Shown: positions 28,606 through 38,688, counted from the first letter of the stretch. The stretch is 61,549 nucleotides of DNA from Actinomycetota bacterium (GCA_041192345.1 JBEEND010000004.1:1-61549), one strand, 5' to 3'. Numbers and translations: made by a program. Notes: generated by a model not told the origin, from the sequence alone.

Positions 28606-29037
28606 CTAGCTTCCTTCCGGAATCAAATTCTGGTAATCGACTTTGATACAACGATCCATAACAACTGTCATACCCGCATCCATAGCTTTCTGAGCTACCT
28701 CTTGATTTTCGATACCGAGCTGCATCCACCAAGTTTTTCCGAGAGCCTCGGAAGAAATAGCAGGAAACTCTTTTTCAAAAACGGCGGGCATGTCCTCACC
28801 TTTTCGAAAGACATCAATAATGTCTGGGACAAGTGGAAGTTCAGCGAGTGATTTGTAAACTGGTCGCCCCAAGATATCTTCTGTCGCTGCAGGATTAATT
28901 AAGAAAACTTCAAAGTGTGTCTGTTCAATCAAGTAAGCGGCAACTTGATGACTGGCTCGATCTGATTTGCTGGAAACTCCGATTACTGCAACAGTTTTGG
29001 CCGAGGCCAAGATATTTCCTATTTCGTTTTCGTCCAT
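28606..29037 (-). CDS. CoA-binding domain protein (YccU-like)
   Basis: Contains VAVIGVSSKSDRASHQVAAYL. 143 aa. Confidence 0.75.
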   Translation of the reverse strand: MDENEIGNILASAKTVAVIGVSSKSDRASHQVAAYLIEQTHFEVFLINPAATEDILGRPVYKSLAELPLVPDIIDVFRKGEDMPAVFEKEFPAISSEALGKTWWMQLGIENQEVAQKAMDAGMTVVMDRCIKVDYQNLIPEGS

Positions 29038-29099
29038 GTCAATGCCCCCTCCTTACGACAATAGCGCGATGACATTAGTTGCCAGATAGACTTTAGAAC

Positions 29100-29201
29100 A
29101 TGGCGCAGACGTTTTACACTGGATTACTTGTTGCCTGCTCCCTTGCCATCACAGGGTATGCCAGTTACATGGTTTACAAATTATTTAAAGGTCAAGCATG
29201 A
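29100..29201 (+). CDS. candidate 33-aa single-TM small protein (MAQTFYTGLLVACSLAITGYASYMVYKLFKGQA)
   Basis: Hand-translated. Its stop overlaps the next start (ATGA). A TAGACT -10-like hexamer ends 7 nt before the ATG, which suggests a leaderless mRNA. Confidence 0.4.
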   Translation: MAQTFYTGLLVACSLAITGYASYMVYKLFKGQA

Positions 29202-29722
29202 CTGTTAAATTGCATCCAGATTTAGCGCCGCTCTCTTGGCTAGTCGGCACTTGGGTTGGTGTTGGTGTTGTTGGGTACCCAAGTATGGAATCTGACATTC
29301 AGGTTGGCCAGGAACTCAGTATTCATTCAGATGGTCGTCCATTCTTAATACACTGGTCACGCACCTGGGAACTTGATGATGAAGGTGAAAGAGTGCGCCC
29401 ATTGGCTCTGGAAAGTGGATTCTGGCGTCCCCGCCCAAATAACGAAGTTGAATTACTGCTTGCGCATCCAACTGGATTTTTAGAATCTTGGTTTGGCAAA
29501 GTTACTATCACTGGTTTAGAAAATGCCGCGATAACCGGGGCTCGGGTTGAGTTAAAGACGGATGCGATACTGCGAACCGCTTCGGCGAAAGTAGTTGATT
29601 CGGGCGAACGCATTTATGGATTAGTAGATGGAAACATCGGCTGGGTCTACGACATGGCTGCCGAAGGTCACACTATGAAATCACATGCCTCATTCCATCT
29701 CACCAAGGCGATGTCCCCGTGA
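29198..29722 (+). CDS. FABP/nitrobindin-like beta-barrel protein (DUF1794)
   Basis: LSWLVGTWVGVG N-terminal motif. 174 aa. Confidence 0.7.
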   Translation: MTVKLHPDLAPLSWLVGTWVGVGVVGYPSMESDIQVGQELSIHSDGRPFLIHWSRTWELDDEGERVRPLALESGFWRPRPNNEVELLLAHPTGFLESWFGKVTITGLENAAITGARVELKTDAILRTASAKVVDSGERIYGLVDGNIGWVYDMAAEGHTMKSHASFHLTKAMSP

Positions 29723-30147
29723 ACCAGGGTTGGGATGACGTCTTACGAGATCAGGGTTATCGAATCACGCCACAGCGTCAACTAGTTCTCGAAGCAGTTA
29801 ACACACTTGGCCACGCAACACCAGAAGAATTGTTGGCCGAAGTCCAGAAAACAGCCGCAGCTGTAAATTTATCGACTATTTATCGAACTCTTGAAGTGCT
29901 GGAGCAAGTCGGACTAGTAACCCATGCACACATAGGTCATGGCGCGCCAACATATCACTCAGTTGATAAAGATGCGCATATTCATTTAGTTTGCGATACC
30001 TGCCAAGCTGTTTCATCTATCCCTGCTGATGCTGCTGAATTATTTGTGCAAATGCTTCGGGAGACTGTTGGTTTTGAAACTGACGTTGCCCATGTTTCAG
30101 TTCACGGGCAATGCGCCGCCTGCATGGATCGTCAAAAGCTGCTTTAG
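29719..30147 (+). CDS. Fur-family metalloregulator
   Basis: Contains RITPQRQLVLEAV, HAHIGHG, CDTC and CAAC. The GTG start overlaps the upstream stop (GTGA). Confidence 0.88.
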   Translation: MNQGWDDVLRDQGYRITPQRQLVLEAVNTLGHATPEELLAEVQKTAAAVNLSTIYRTLEVLEQVGLVTHAHIGHGAPTYHSVDKDAHIHLVCDTCQAVSSIPADAAELFVQMLRETVGFETDVAHVSVHGQCAACMDRQKLL

Positions 30148-30212
30148 TTACTAGGCAATTTTCCAGTGGTCCAACTGGTAGGCATTCCAAAGTAACTGCG
30201 AGAGAATTAACC

Positions 30213-31190
30213 ATGACCGCAATTGCGCACATGGATGAGACCAGTATTGATTCTGGTGTGCCCTGGCATTATGGCGATCCATTCAAGGAGCAGCGAGAGC
30301 TTGTTGCTGGACGTGGTCGCGTAGATCTTTCGCATCGCGGAGTTGTAACAGTAAGCGGCGTAGATCGTAAATCTTGGCTGCACTCGATTACCACGCAGGA
30401 TTTTGAGTCACCAATTGCACATTTAACTTCATTGATTTTGTCGCCTCATGGACATATCGAACATGACATTCACGCCATTGATGATGGCGAAACTACTTGG
30501 ATAAGTTGTGAGCCAGGTACTGTGAACGACTTAATGAATTACTTGATGTCCATGAAGTTCATGCTTCGTGTGGAAGTAACTGATGTCAGCGATCAGATTG
30601 CAATCGTTGGAGCTCCTGGCTGGATTACCTCAGAAACTTTTCCAGTTTGGCACTCCTCAGAAGTATTTGTTGTTGGATCTGAGTTCGTTGATAAGTATGT
30701 TGCCAAGCGCCCAGGAGATTGGAAAGTAAGCGAGATTTTTGTGCCGCGCGCAGATTTAGCGCAAGTCATGTCACAGGAAACTCCAGTAGGCACTTGGGCT
30801 TGGGAGGCGCATCGAATTCGCGCCGGAGTTCCAAGATTGAATTTTGAAACCGATCATAAGACAATCCCACACGAACTTGGTTTAATTGCTTCCTCCGTGC
30901 ACCTAAATAAAGGTTGCTATCGTGGCCAAGAAACAGTGGCTCGGGTTTACAACTTAGGTAAACCACCACGGCGCATAGTCCAACTTGAATTAGATGGCTC
31001 AACTAATGACACACCACTAATAGGTGATGCGGTGCTCTGGGATGAAAAAGTTGTTGGCCGAGTTACTTCAGTGACGCAAGACTTTGAAAGTGGACCATTA
31101 GCACTTGCAGTAATTAAGAGATCTGTTCCTACCGACGCAGTTCTAACTGCAGGCACAGTTTCAGCCAGCCAAACTGTAATTGTTGAGTAA
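30213..31190 (+). CDS. ygfZ: folate-binding YgfZ-family protein
   Basis: ORF 30111..31190. ATG 30213 avoids overlap with fur. KGCYRGQE signature. Confidence 0.85.
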   Translation: MTAIAHMDETSIDSGVPWHYGDPFKEQRELVAGRGRVDLSHRGVVTVSGVDRKSWLHSITTQDFESPIAHLTSLILSPHGHIEHDIHAIDDGETTWISCEPGTVNDLMNYLMSMKFMLRVEVTDVSDQIAIVGAPGWITSETFPVWHSSEVFVVGSEFVDKYVAKRPGDWKVSEIFVPRADLAQVMSQETPVGTWAWEAHRIRAGVPRLNFETDHKTIPHELGLIASSVHLNKGCYRGQETVARVYNLGKPPRRIVQLELDGSTNDTPLIGDAVLWDEKVVGRVTSVTQDFESGPLALAVIKRSVPTDAVLTAGTVSASQTVIVE

Positions 31191-31233
31191 CAAATTTTTA
31201 GCTAATTCTCCAGCCAAATCCTTACGAATCTGA

Positions 31234-32439
31234 TTGACTTTTGCTGTCGAAAGGTCTGATTTGGCTACATTTGCGGAATCAATTACGGTTGCGGATCTTG
31301 ATCGCGATCCGTACCCGATATATGCCAAGCTGCGAAAAGAAGCGCCAGTTGCTTACGTCCCTGCAGTTAACTTATGGCTGGTAACTCGAGCTGAAGATGT
31401 TGAGTTTGTAACAACACATCCGGATCTCTTTACTGCGCAAGTAACAGATTCGCCGCTCGATCGATCCTTTAATGGCAAAAGCCTTCTCACGATGGACGGT
31501 GATGAACATTTAAGTATGCGCAAGAGCTTAGATAGCAAGTATCGCCCTCGCATGGTTTCCACCTACATTGATGATTTAGTGATGCCGATAGCGACACAAC
31601 AACTTACTGAAATCATTTCAAATGATCGTCATGAATTAGTGTCTTCATATTTTGAGCCAATTTCAGTTTTGAGCCTCGGTGCGGTCTTGGGTTTGGGCCA
31701 CTTGAGTGCTGACACATTGCAGCACTGGTTTCATGGATTAGCGATGGGCGCCACGAACTTTGAACGCGACCCTGAGAAGCAAAAGATTTCAGATGCAGTT
31801 GAATCCGAGATGAATGATGAGCTGCTGCCAATTATGGAGCAGTTGCTGGCGACGCCTGACGATTCAACAATTTCGCACATGCTTCATTCTGGAATGCCAG
31901 ATGGTGAGAAGCGCAGCGCTGAGTATATTTTGCCAACTCTTAAACTTACGATTTTAGGTGGCATGCAAGAACCAGGCCATGGCGCTGCCGCTACGTTTTT
32001 TGCTTTGGCAAACATTCCAGGTGCATTTGATCGACTGCGTCAAAGTTCTGAACTCTGGGACGACGTAATCCAAGAAGGTTTGCGCTGGATCGCACCAATT
32101 GGAACTCAGACTCGCCAGACCACCCAGGATGTTGAGTTAGGTGGAGTTGTGATTCCTGCGGGTTCAGCAGTTGCGGCAGTCATTGCTAGTGCGTCAAGAG
32201 ATGAAACAGTATTTACAAATCCAGATACATTCGATATGGATCGACCACGTGAGTCAAATGCTTCGTTTGGCTATGGGCCACATTTTTGTGCGGGGCACGC
32301 GTTTGCACGCGGTGTTGAGAGAATTGCACTTCAGGTTCTTGTTGAAGGTTTACCAAGTATCGCATTGCGCGACAGCAGGGAAGTTGAATTTGCGGGCTGG
32401 GAATTCCGAGCACCTACGTTGCTAAATGCAACTTGGTAA
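31234..32439 (+). CDS. cytochrome P450
   Basis: Heme loop FGYGPHFCAGHAFAR. TTG start. 401 aa. Confidence 0.9.
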   Translation: MTFAVERSDLATFAESITVADLDRDPYPIYAKLRKEAPVAYVPAVNLWLVTRAEDVEFVTTHPDLFTAQVTDSPLDRSFNGKSLLTMDGDEHLSMRKSLDSKYRPRMVSTYIDDLVMPIATQQLTEIISNDRHELVSSYFEPISVLSLGAVLGLGHLSADTLQHWFHGLAMGATNFERDPEKQKISDAVESEMNDELLPIMEQLLATPDDSTISHMLHSGMPDGEKRSAEYILPTLKLTILGGMQEPGHGAAATFFALANIPGAFDRLRQSSELWDDVIQEGLRWIAPIGTQTRQTTQDVELGGVVIPAGSAVAAVIASASRDETVFTNPDTFDMDRPRESNASFGYGPHFCAGHAFARGVERIALQVLVEGLPSIALRDSREVEFAGWEFRAPTLLNATW

Positions 32440-32910
32440 CTAAACTTCTAGCGTTACGGTCATTGGGCCATCACATACTGCGCTAATTCGCATGTCAGCA
32501 CCAAATTTTCCAGTTTCCACCTGAGCGCCTAAATCTCGCAGCGCACGAATTACTTCATTGACAAGTGGTTCTGCTTGTGGTCCACGCGCGGCTTGCTGCC
32601 AAGTTGGTCGCCGACCGTTTGAGGTGTCTGCAAAAAGTGTGAACTGACTTATGGCAAGTATGGGTAGGCAAGCATCTGCGGCGGCGACCTCGACAGCGTC
32701 TGAGGTAACTTTTTTACCGGCAAGTTTTAAGTTTGCTGATTCAAAAATTCGCAGTTTCCAAATTTTGTCAGCCAGAATTGCACACTTAGTTTCATCATCA
32801 TCAACACTTACCCCGATTAAAACCAATAAGCCAGGTCCAGTGAATGCGCCAATAACTGAGTTGTCTACTTCAACGCTGGCACCATCAACTCGTTGCACTA
32901 TTGCTCGCAT
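32440..32910 (-). CDS. dtd: D-aminoacyl-tRNA deacylase
   Basis: Contains MRAIVQRV... and SQFTLFADTSNGRRP. Confidence 0.92.
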   Translation of the reverse strand: MRAIVQRVDGASVEVDNSVIGAFTGPGLLVLIGVSVDDDETKCAILADKIWKLRIFESANLKLAGKKVTSDAVEVAAADACLPILAISQFTLFADTSNGRRPTWQQAARGPQAEPLVNEVIRALRDLGAQVETGKFGADMRISAVCDGPMTVTLEV

Positions 32911-32981
32911 GCCTACATTCTGCTGGGAATCTTGGAAATCTGCATTAGGTGTTCACTAATTGATAGTGGAACACTAAGAAC

Positions 32982-33932
32982 ATGTCAGTACCGCTCGCCC
33001 AATTAGTCCGAAGTGGCTTAGTAGAAGGCACGCATTTTGGCAACGCCGTTGTAGTGGATGCCCAGGGAAAAGTTGAATGGTCAATTGGCGATGTCACCAG
33101 CGCAATGTTTCCTCGCTCAGCTAATAAATTGATGCAGGGACTTGCCATGGTTCGCAGCGGGCTTCCTTTAAAGAATGAATTACTTGCTCTCGCGTGCGCT
33201 TCACATAGTGGCGAAGAATTCCACTTAGCTGGTGTTCAAGATATTCTTAATGCTGGGAATTTGGGAACCGATTCCTTAAAGTGCCCACCAGATTATCCAC
33301 TTGATGAAGTTGAACGAGACACTTTTTTGGCCGAAGGCTTGGGGAAGGCATCGCTTTACATGAACTGCAGTGGAAAACATTCCGCAATGCTGTTTACTTG
33401 CGTGCTAAATGGCTGGGATACTGAAAGTTATTTATCGGCAACACATCCAGTTCAAGTTGCCTGCCTAGAAACGATCGAAGAAGTTACACGTGAGAAGGTT
33501 GCGCACATTGGCGTAGATGGCTGTGGTGCGCCGTTAATGTCAACTTCGTTATCGGGGTTAGCTCGAGCTTTTTCAAAATTTTCTGGACCAGCCGCAGACC
33601 CGGATCAAAAAAAGATTGCTGATGCGATTCGTTCCAATCCCGAATACTTGGCAGGAACTAGACGGGACGTCACAAAATTGATGCAAGGTGTGCCAAGTTT
33701 GCTAGCCAAGGATGGCGCCGAAGGCGTATACGGAATCGGACTAGGAGATGGTCGCGCGCTCGCACTTAAAATCGAAGATGGCGCAGATCGGGCTCGAATT
33801 GTTGTGGCAATGAAAATTCTGCAGAGTGTTATGGGCGTAGTTTCCAGCGAAGTTGATAGTCAGTTAGAGAGTCAAGAATTGCTCGGTGGCGGTATCCCAG
33901 TTGGCAAAGTAATCGCCACTTTTTCGGTTTAG
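32982..33932 (+). CDS. asparaginase-II-family (PF06089-like) protein
   Basis: 316 aa with SANKLMQGLA and NCSGKHSAML motifs recalled from this family. Confidence 0.7.
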   Translation: MSVPLAQLVRSGLVEGTHFGNAVVVDAQGKVEWSIGDVTSAMFPRSANKLMQGLAMVRSGLPLKNELLALACASHSGEEFHLAGVQDILNAGNLGTDSLKCPPDYPLDEVERDTFLAEGLGKASLYMNCSGKHSAMLFTCVLNGWDTESYLSATHPVQVACLETIEEVTREKVAHIGVDGCGAPLMSTSLSGLARAFSKFSGPAADPDQKKIADAIRSNPEYLAGTRRDVTKLMQGVPSLLAKDGAEGVYGIGLGDGRALALKIEDGADRARIVVAMKILQSVMGVVSSEVDSQLESQELLGGGIPVGKVIATFSV

Positions 33933-35138
33933 CTAAATACTAAGAAGCTGCTTGCGGTACTTCATAATTTCTGAAGTCATTCCAATACCCACAGCCCCGA
34001 TAAGAATATCATTTCGGAAGTAAGCCATAACAAGCTCATCAGTTAATTCCCCAGCAACTAAGTCATATCGATCAGCACTTCCAGGCATGCCAAAACCTTG
34101 AATCTTCATGTCATATTGATCTGACCAAAAAGTTGGTAGCGGCGTGAAAGGCTGCGCTGCTAGTTCAGCAAAGTTATCTGCCTGGGACAAGTAAGCACTC
34201 AACACCGCACCTACTCGCTTTCCAGTTTCTGTGGGGATATTCCAGTGCTCAATTCTTCTTGGCTCATCATCAAAAAGCGGATTGGCGAACCTAGCTAGGT
34301 CTCCAACTACATAAACTCCTTCGACGGGATTCCCATCAGTGGTAACTGCTCGAAGGGCTGAATCAGTGAGTACTCCGTTAGAGATATCAAGATTTGTATT
34401 TGCTAGCCATTCGACATTGCAATGTGAACTAATAGCTTCAACCAATACGGTAGCTTCCAATAATTCACCGTCATCTAAAATTACGCCAGTGAGGGAATCA
34501 GTTCCAGCTAAATCCGTTATGCCATGGCCCAACCGAAAATGTACGCCATGAGATTCGTGTCGACGCTGTAGTTCAGCAGCAAGCGTTTCTCCAAGCGGAC
34601 GGATCATCGGGAAACTATCGATCGCAACATTTGTAACTTCGCAACCTAATCCTCTTGCGGTAGCTGCAACCTCGCAGCCAATGAAACCAGCGCCAGCTAC
34701 AACAACTTTGGCGCCGGGCACTAATTCGGCGCGTAGTCCAATTGCATCATCTAGGGTGCGAACTGTATGACGACCAGATAATTTTCCATTTGGCAGGTCA
34801 AGCACCCGTGGTCGTAAGCCGGATGCAATAACTAGCCCGTCATATTTAAAGGTTTTGCCGGAATTTGTTTCTACGACCCGTGTTTCTAAATCAACGGAAG
34901 TTGCTGGATCACCCAAATGCCAAATGACATCTTCGACTTGGGTACGCAACTTAAAGGCAACAGCATCGTGAGTTACTTCTTTAGCCAGCACCTCTTTTGA
35001 AAGTGGTGGGCGGTTGTACGGAGCGTGAATCTCCGCACCGATCACCGTAATCTGACCTTCGAAACCGCTATTGCGCAAAGCTTCAGCTGCCCGCAGGCCG
35101 CCCATTGAGGCCCCAACAATAACGACTGACTTTGGCAT
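33933..35138 (-). CDS. FAD/NAD(P)H ferredoxin reductase (putidaredoxin-reductase-like)
   Basis: Two dinucleotide folds: VVIVGASMGGLRAAEAL and VVVAGAGFIGCEVAA. 401 aa. Confidence 0.88.
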   Translation of the reverse strand: MPKSVVIVGASMGGLRAAEALRNSGFEGQITVIGAEIHAPYNRPPLSKEVLAKEVTHDAVAFKLRTQVEDVIWHLGDPATSVDLETRVVETNSGKTFKYDGLVIASGLRPRVLDLPNGKLSGRHTVRTLDDAIGLRAELVPGAKVVVAGAGFIGCEVAATARGLGCEVTNVAIDSFPMIRPLGETLAAELQRRHESHGVHFRLGHGITDLAGTDSLTGVILDDGELLEATVLVEAISSHCNVEWLANTNLDISNGVLTDSALRAVTTDGNPVEGVYVVGDLARFANPLFDDEPRRIEHWNIPTETGKRVGAVLSAYLSQADNFAELAAQPFTPLPTFWSDQYDMKIQGFGMPGSADRYDLVAGELTDELVMAYFRNDILIGAVGIGMTSEIMKYRKQLLSI

Positions 35139-35152
35139 GTAGAACGCGTCAG

Positions 35153-35344
35153 TTATTCAACAATGGAGATTGCCTGCATTGGGCAAACATCCACAGCGCT
35201 TTCGACATCGCTTCGGCGACTGTCATCAGCGGTAGCAACAAATTCCAGCTTGTCATTGTCATTCAACGCAAAAATGTCTGGCGCCTCGAAGACGCACTGT
35301 CCATAATGTTGGCACTTATCCATGTCGACATCGATGGTTATCAT
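35153..35344 (-). CDS. small ferredoxin (3-Cys, 3Fe-4S type)
   Basis: CQHYGQC...CP pattern. 63 aa. ATGA overlap with the upstream gene. Confidence 0.85.
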   Translation of the reverse strand: MITIDVDMDKCQHYGQCVFEAPDIFALNDNDKLEFVATADDSRRSDVESAVDVCPMQAISIVE

Positions 35345-36219
35345 TTCTTCTCCTCAACAGTTGATGGATATAGATCTTTGGATGGCGTTCGAATTCCGCG
35401 GAACTCCCAGTCACCACCTAAAGCGGTGGAAATTACTTCTTCACTTTCTGTTGGCTGGGCGCCTACATCAGTACGGATTGCAGTTGGCCCCGTGACGATT
35501 GTGTTAGTAAGTTTGCCAAGCCCTTCAACTTCTACTTCAACCACGTCACCTGGTTCAACGGGACGTGAATTAGCTGGAGTTCCAGAGAACAAAATGTCAC
35601 CAGGAACTAACGTGATCGTTCGGGCAATGTCAGCAACCAAGTAATGCATATCCCATTCCATGTTGCTGGTGTTGTCATCTTGCTTCACAACGCCATTAAC
35701 TAAAGTTCGTATCTGCTTCCCCCGGAAGTCCCAATCCGTAATCAAGCCAGGACCAACAGGCGCCAATGTGTCGCTGCCCTTAACCCGAAGCATTGAACCA
35801 GCATCGGTATCGCGGAAGTCATGAAGACCGTAATCATTTCCGATGGTGTAGCCAGCTATGTAATCCCCAGCTTCAGCCGGGCTGATGTTACGGCAAGTCT
35901 TGCCAATCACGATTACGATTTCGCCTTCGTAGTTCAACCATTTACAACCCTGCGGGCGAACAATTGACCCTAAATGACTATTCAGTGCAGTAATCGGCTT
36001 GTGAAAGTAAGTTGGTGCCGCTGGAAGTTTGGTCATGAACTCCTGAGTACGACTGTCGTAATTCAAATGAACCGCAATGATTTTTGTTGGCTCAGTTGGT
36101 GGCAAGTGAATTGCATCAGCAATAGCTACTTCTCTGCCATCTGGAGCAACCAGAGTTTCGCCATGGCGAAGTGCTTGAACTGCAAACCCATCAAGCAAGA
36201 TACGACGATACTCAGCCAC
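35341..36219 (-). CDS. fumarylacetoacetate-hydrolase-family enzyme (HpaG/HpcE-like isomerase/decarboxylase)
   Basis: ORF 35341..36360. GTG 36219 overlaps the upstream stop by 8 nt (GTGGCTGA). FAH-fold C-terminal region PGDILFSGTPAN...PGDVVEVEVEGLG. Confidence 0.82.
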   Translation of the reverse strand: MAEYRRILLDGFAVQALRHGETLVAPDGREVAIADAIHLPPTEPTKIIAVHLNYDSRTQEFMTKLPAAPTYFHKPITALNSHLGSIVRPQGCKWLNYEGEIVIVIGKTCRNISPAEAGDYIAGYTIGNDYGLHDFRDTDAGSMLRVKGSDTLAPVGPGLITDWDFRGKQIRTLVNGVVKQDDNTSNMEWDMHYLVADIARTITLVPGDILFSGTPANSRPVEPGDVVEVEVEGLGKLTNTIVTGPTAIRTDVGAQPTESEEVISTALGGDWEFRGIRTPSKDLYPSTVEEKK

Positions 36220-37120
36220 GTGACACCACTGGGTGTTTAACTGACGGGAAACCTTCAGCTGGTTTATCGAACCAAATGTGGACCTGGCCGGTACCAATCG
36301 AGTTTTCGTATTCTCCGTATTGGCGACCAGGCGCAGTGCAATCCGTCTCACCGAGCGCACCGTGCATCATCATGCCGTGTCCGTACCGAGCTTCTGGCTT
36401 GTACTTATGGAACTCAGCCATGGTGTTGAGCACTTTGGCATGTTCGCCAGCAAGGTACCAATCGATACGTTTTTCGTCGGCCGCGCGAGCTTCGGGTGTA
36501 TAAATCGAATTCAAGTCTGCTGACTCATGCTTGCGTAGTTCGCGCAGTGGCCAAAACGTATGTGACAAAGCACCAGAGGCAATTAGCAAAACTTTACGAT
36601 CCGAATTTGCGATTGCTTCCCCAACCGCGCGGCCCAACCGTAAGTTATCTTCGTCATCACCGGTTTGGCACATGCCAATACTGATCCAGTTTTTATCCAA
36701 GCCTTTTCCGAGATACATCCAGAGATTTAAAGTTGCGTAGAAAGTTGGCAGGTGAGCGTTGTCGATCGGGGTGATCCAAGTCCCATGCTTTTCACCAAGT
36801 GATGAAATTTCCTTAGCTAGCGCGGGGTCACCTTTCCAGTCATAAGGTACTGATGACATTCCTCGAGGCAGTTCTTCGCTGGTATAAAACCCCTCGCGCC
36901 GATCATGTGAGGTGACTACGAACTCAACTGTGGTTGCCCAATGCGAGTCAAAGACAATTACTGTGTCGTAATCGACTTTTTCAAATACGTCTTTACGCAG
37001 TTGTTCTAATCCTGCTACCAGTGTGAAGTCTTCACCGTTGTTGAGTTCTTTACGAATCTCAAGTGGCAAGACAATGGTAGGCACATGTGCCAATAGGCCA
37101 GCTCCAACAATTTCACCCAT
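36212..37120 (-). CDS. hpaD: LigB-superfamily extradiol dioxygenase, homoprotocatechuate 2,3-dioxygenase-like
   Basis: IVFDSHW, YTSEELP, SGALSH and GTGQV blocks are collinear with E. coli HpcB/HpaD as recalled. Confidence 0.8.
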   Translation of the reverse strand: MGEIVGAGLLAHVPTIVLPLEIRKELNNGEDFTLVAGLEQLRKDVFEKVDYDTVIVFDSHWATTVEFVVTSHDRREGFYTSEELPRGMSSVPYDWKGDPALAKEISSLGEKHGTWITPIDNAHLPTFYATLNLWMYLGKGLDKNWISIGMCQTGDDEDNLRLGRAVGEAIANSDRKVLLIASGALSHTFWPLRELRKHESADLNSIYTPEARAADEKRIDWYLAGEHAKVLNTMAEFHKYKPEARYGHGMMMHGALGETDCTAPGRQYGEYENSIGTGQVHIWFDKPAEGFPSVKHPVVSRG

Positions 37121-37123
37121 GAT

Positions 37124-38587
37124 TTATTCCTTCCAACCGTTAGGCGCAAAGACCGTGTTCTTTACGTCTGCATAAAAATCAAATGACCAGATTCCACCTT
37201 CGCGGCCGATACCTGATTTTTTAGATCCACCAAAAGGTGCACCAAGATCTCGTACGAAGAAACAGTTAACCCAAATCGTTCCAGCAACGAGCCGATTAGT
37301 GATTGCTTCAGCTCGCTTCTTGTTTCCACAAACGACCACTGCGGCTAACCCGAACTCAGTTCCGTTAGCCATATCAATTGCTTCTTCATCGGTGTCGAAT
37401 TGCTGCATACTGAGCACTGGTCCAAACACTTCTTGAGTTACGATTTCGCTGCCGACCATTGGATTATCAATCAAAGTCGGCATAAAGAAGTTGCCGCCCA
37501 ATTCTGCATTAGGGCCACCACCCATAACTATCGTTTGTCCTTCGGCTACTGCGCGGTCGACGAATCCCTTAACACGTGCAAAATGTTCTGGATGAATTTG
37601 CGGACCAATGTCAGTAGCTTCATCGCGCGGGTCACCCTGCTTGATTTGCTTGGCTCGTTCGATAAATGCGGCTTTGAACTTGTCCGCAATTCCACTTTGC
37701 ACCAAGAATCTAGTTCCAGATAAACAAACCTGACCGGCATTGTCATACTGTTCCACGGCAACCGTAACTGCGATATCCAAATCAGCATCGTCAGTGATGA
37801 TAAGCGGACTCTTGCCACCAAGCTCAAATGAACATGGCACTAGATTTTCTGCGGCAGCTTTAGCGACAAGTTTGGCGGTAGGTACTGAACCGGTAAATGA
37901 AATTCGGGACAAATCTGGATGCGTAGTTAGCGCCGCTCCAGCTTCTTCACCAAAACCTTGCACAACATTGAAAACTCCCGGTGGCATTCCTGCCTCCGCA
38001 GCTATGTCTGCAAGTAGCGAAGCAGTCAGAGGTGCCCACTCAGGTGGTTTTGCGACGACAGTGTCGCCAGCTGCAAGCGCCGGACCAATCCGCCAAGTTG
38101 CGAGCATAAGCGGGGCATTCCAGGGTGTGATGATTGCGGTAACACCGGCTGGGTCCCAAGTTACGTGATTGGTATGACCACGAGTTTCAAAATCAGGGTA
38201 ACTCAATTGATTCATCGCGTAGTCAGCAAAAAATCTAAAGTTCATGGCAACGCGAGGCATGACACCACGACGGTGCGAGCGAAGTAGCGAACCGTTGTCC
38301 GTGGTCTCAACGATTGCTAAGTCTTCAATTCTGGATTCGATAATGTCAGCAACCCGATTCAAAATTACGCCACGTTCAGTCGGAGACATTTGAGACCAAA
38401 TTGGAAAGGCAGCTTTTGCTGCAGCAACAGCTAAATCAACTTCCCGTTTGCCACCGCGGGAAATGTCTGCCAGAAAAGTGCCATCTATTGGTGAATAATC
38501 AGTGAATGTTGAATCAGAGGCAATCCGCTTGCCGCCGATGAAATGCCGAGTATCAACTTCAACCCCAGCAACTGTTGCCATTGTCAT
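37124..38587 (-). CDS. hpaE: aldehyde dehydrogenase, 5-carboxymethyl-2-hydroxymuconate-semialdehyde dehydrogenase-like
   Basis: 487 aa with FELGGKSP and GQVCLSG. First gene of the ALDH-dioxygenase-FAH-Fdx-FdR operon. Confidence 0.8.
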   Translation of the reverse strand: MTMATVAGVEVDTRHFIGGKRIASDSTFTDYSPIDGTFLADISRGGKREVDLAVAAAKAAFPIWSQMSPTERGVILNRVADIIESRIEDLAIVETTDNGSLLRSHRRGVMPRVAMNFRFFADYAMNQLSYPDFETRGHTNHVTWDPAGVTAIITPWNAPLMLATWRIGPALAAGDTVVAKPPEWAPLTASLLADIAAEAGMPPGVFNVVQGFGEEAGAALTTHPDLSRISFTGSVPTAKLVAKAAAENLVPCSFELGGKSPLIITDDADLDIAVTVAVEQYDNAGQVCLSGTRFLVQSGIADKFKAAFIERAKQIKQGDPRDEATDIGPQIHPEHFARVKGFVDRAVAEGQTIVMGGGPNAELGGNFFMPTLIDNPMVGSEIVTQEVFGPVLSMQQFDTDEEAIDMANGTEFGLAAVVVCGNKKRAEAITNRLVAGTIWVNCFFVRDLGAPFGGSKKSGIGREGGIWSFDFYADVKNTVFAPNGWKE

Positions 38588-38603
38588 GCCATCCCCTGAA
38601 AAG

Positions 38604-38621
38604 TCGTTCGGGTACTAACGA
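38604..38621 (+). promoter_or_regulatory. operator-like motif, copy 1 (TCGTTCGGGTACTAACGA)
   Basis: TCGTT-N8-AACGA inverted repeat in the hpaE / puuD-like divergent region. Confidence 0.5.
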
Positions 38622-38688
38622 ATTACGATACGTTAAATTTAGTGATTTGGGAACCAAATTAAAGTAATTCTTTCATTAGGCTGGTGGC

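Noticed and set aside
28546-28851. A 101-aa plus-strand ORF overlapping the CoA-binding protein gene.
   Set aside because: It is antisense to a well-supported gene. It is low-complexity with no RBS and no family resemblance.
32945-32978. Imperfect inverted repeat ttaggtgttcac-N10-gtggaacactaa in the dtd / asparaginase-II divergent region.
   Set aside because: The arms align only with a 1-nt shift, there is a single occurrence, and no regulator is nearby. It is noted as a possible operator but is not supportable.
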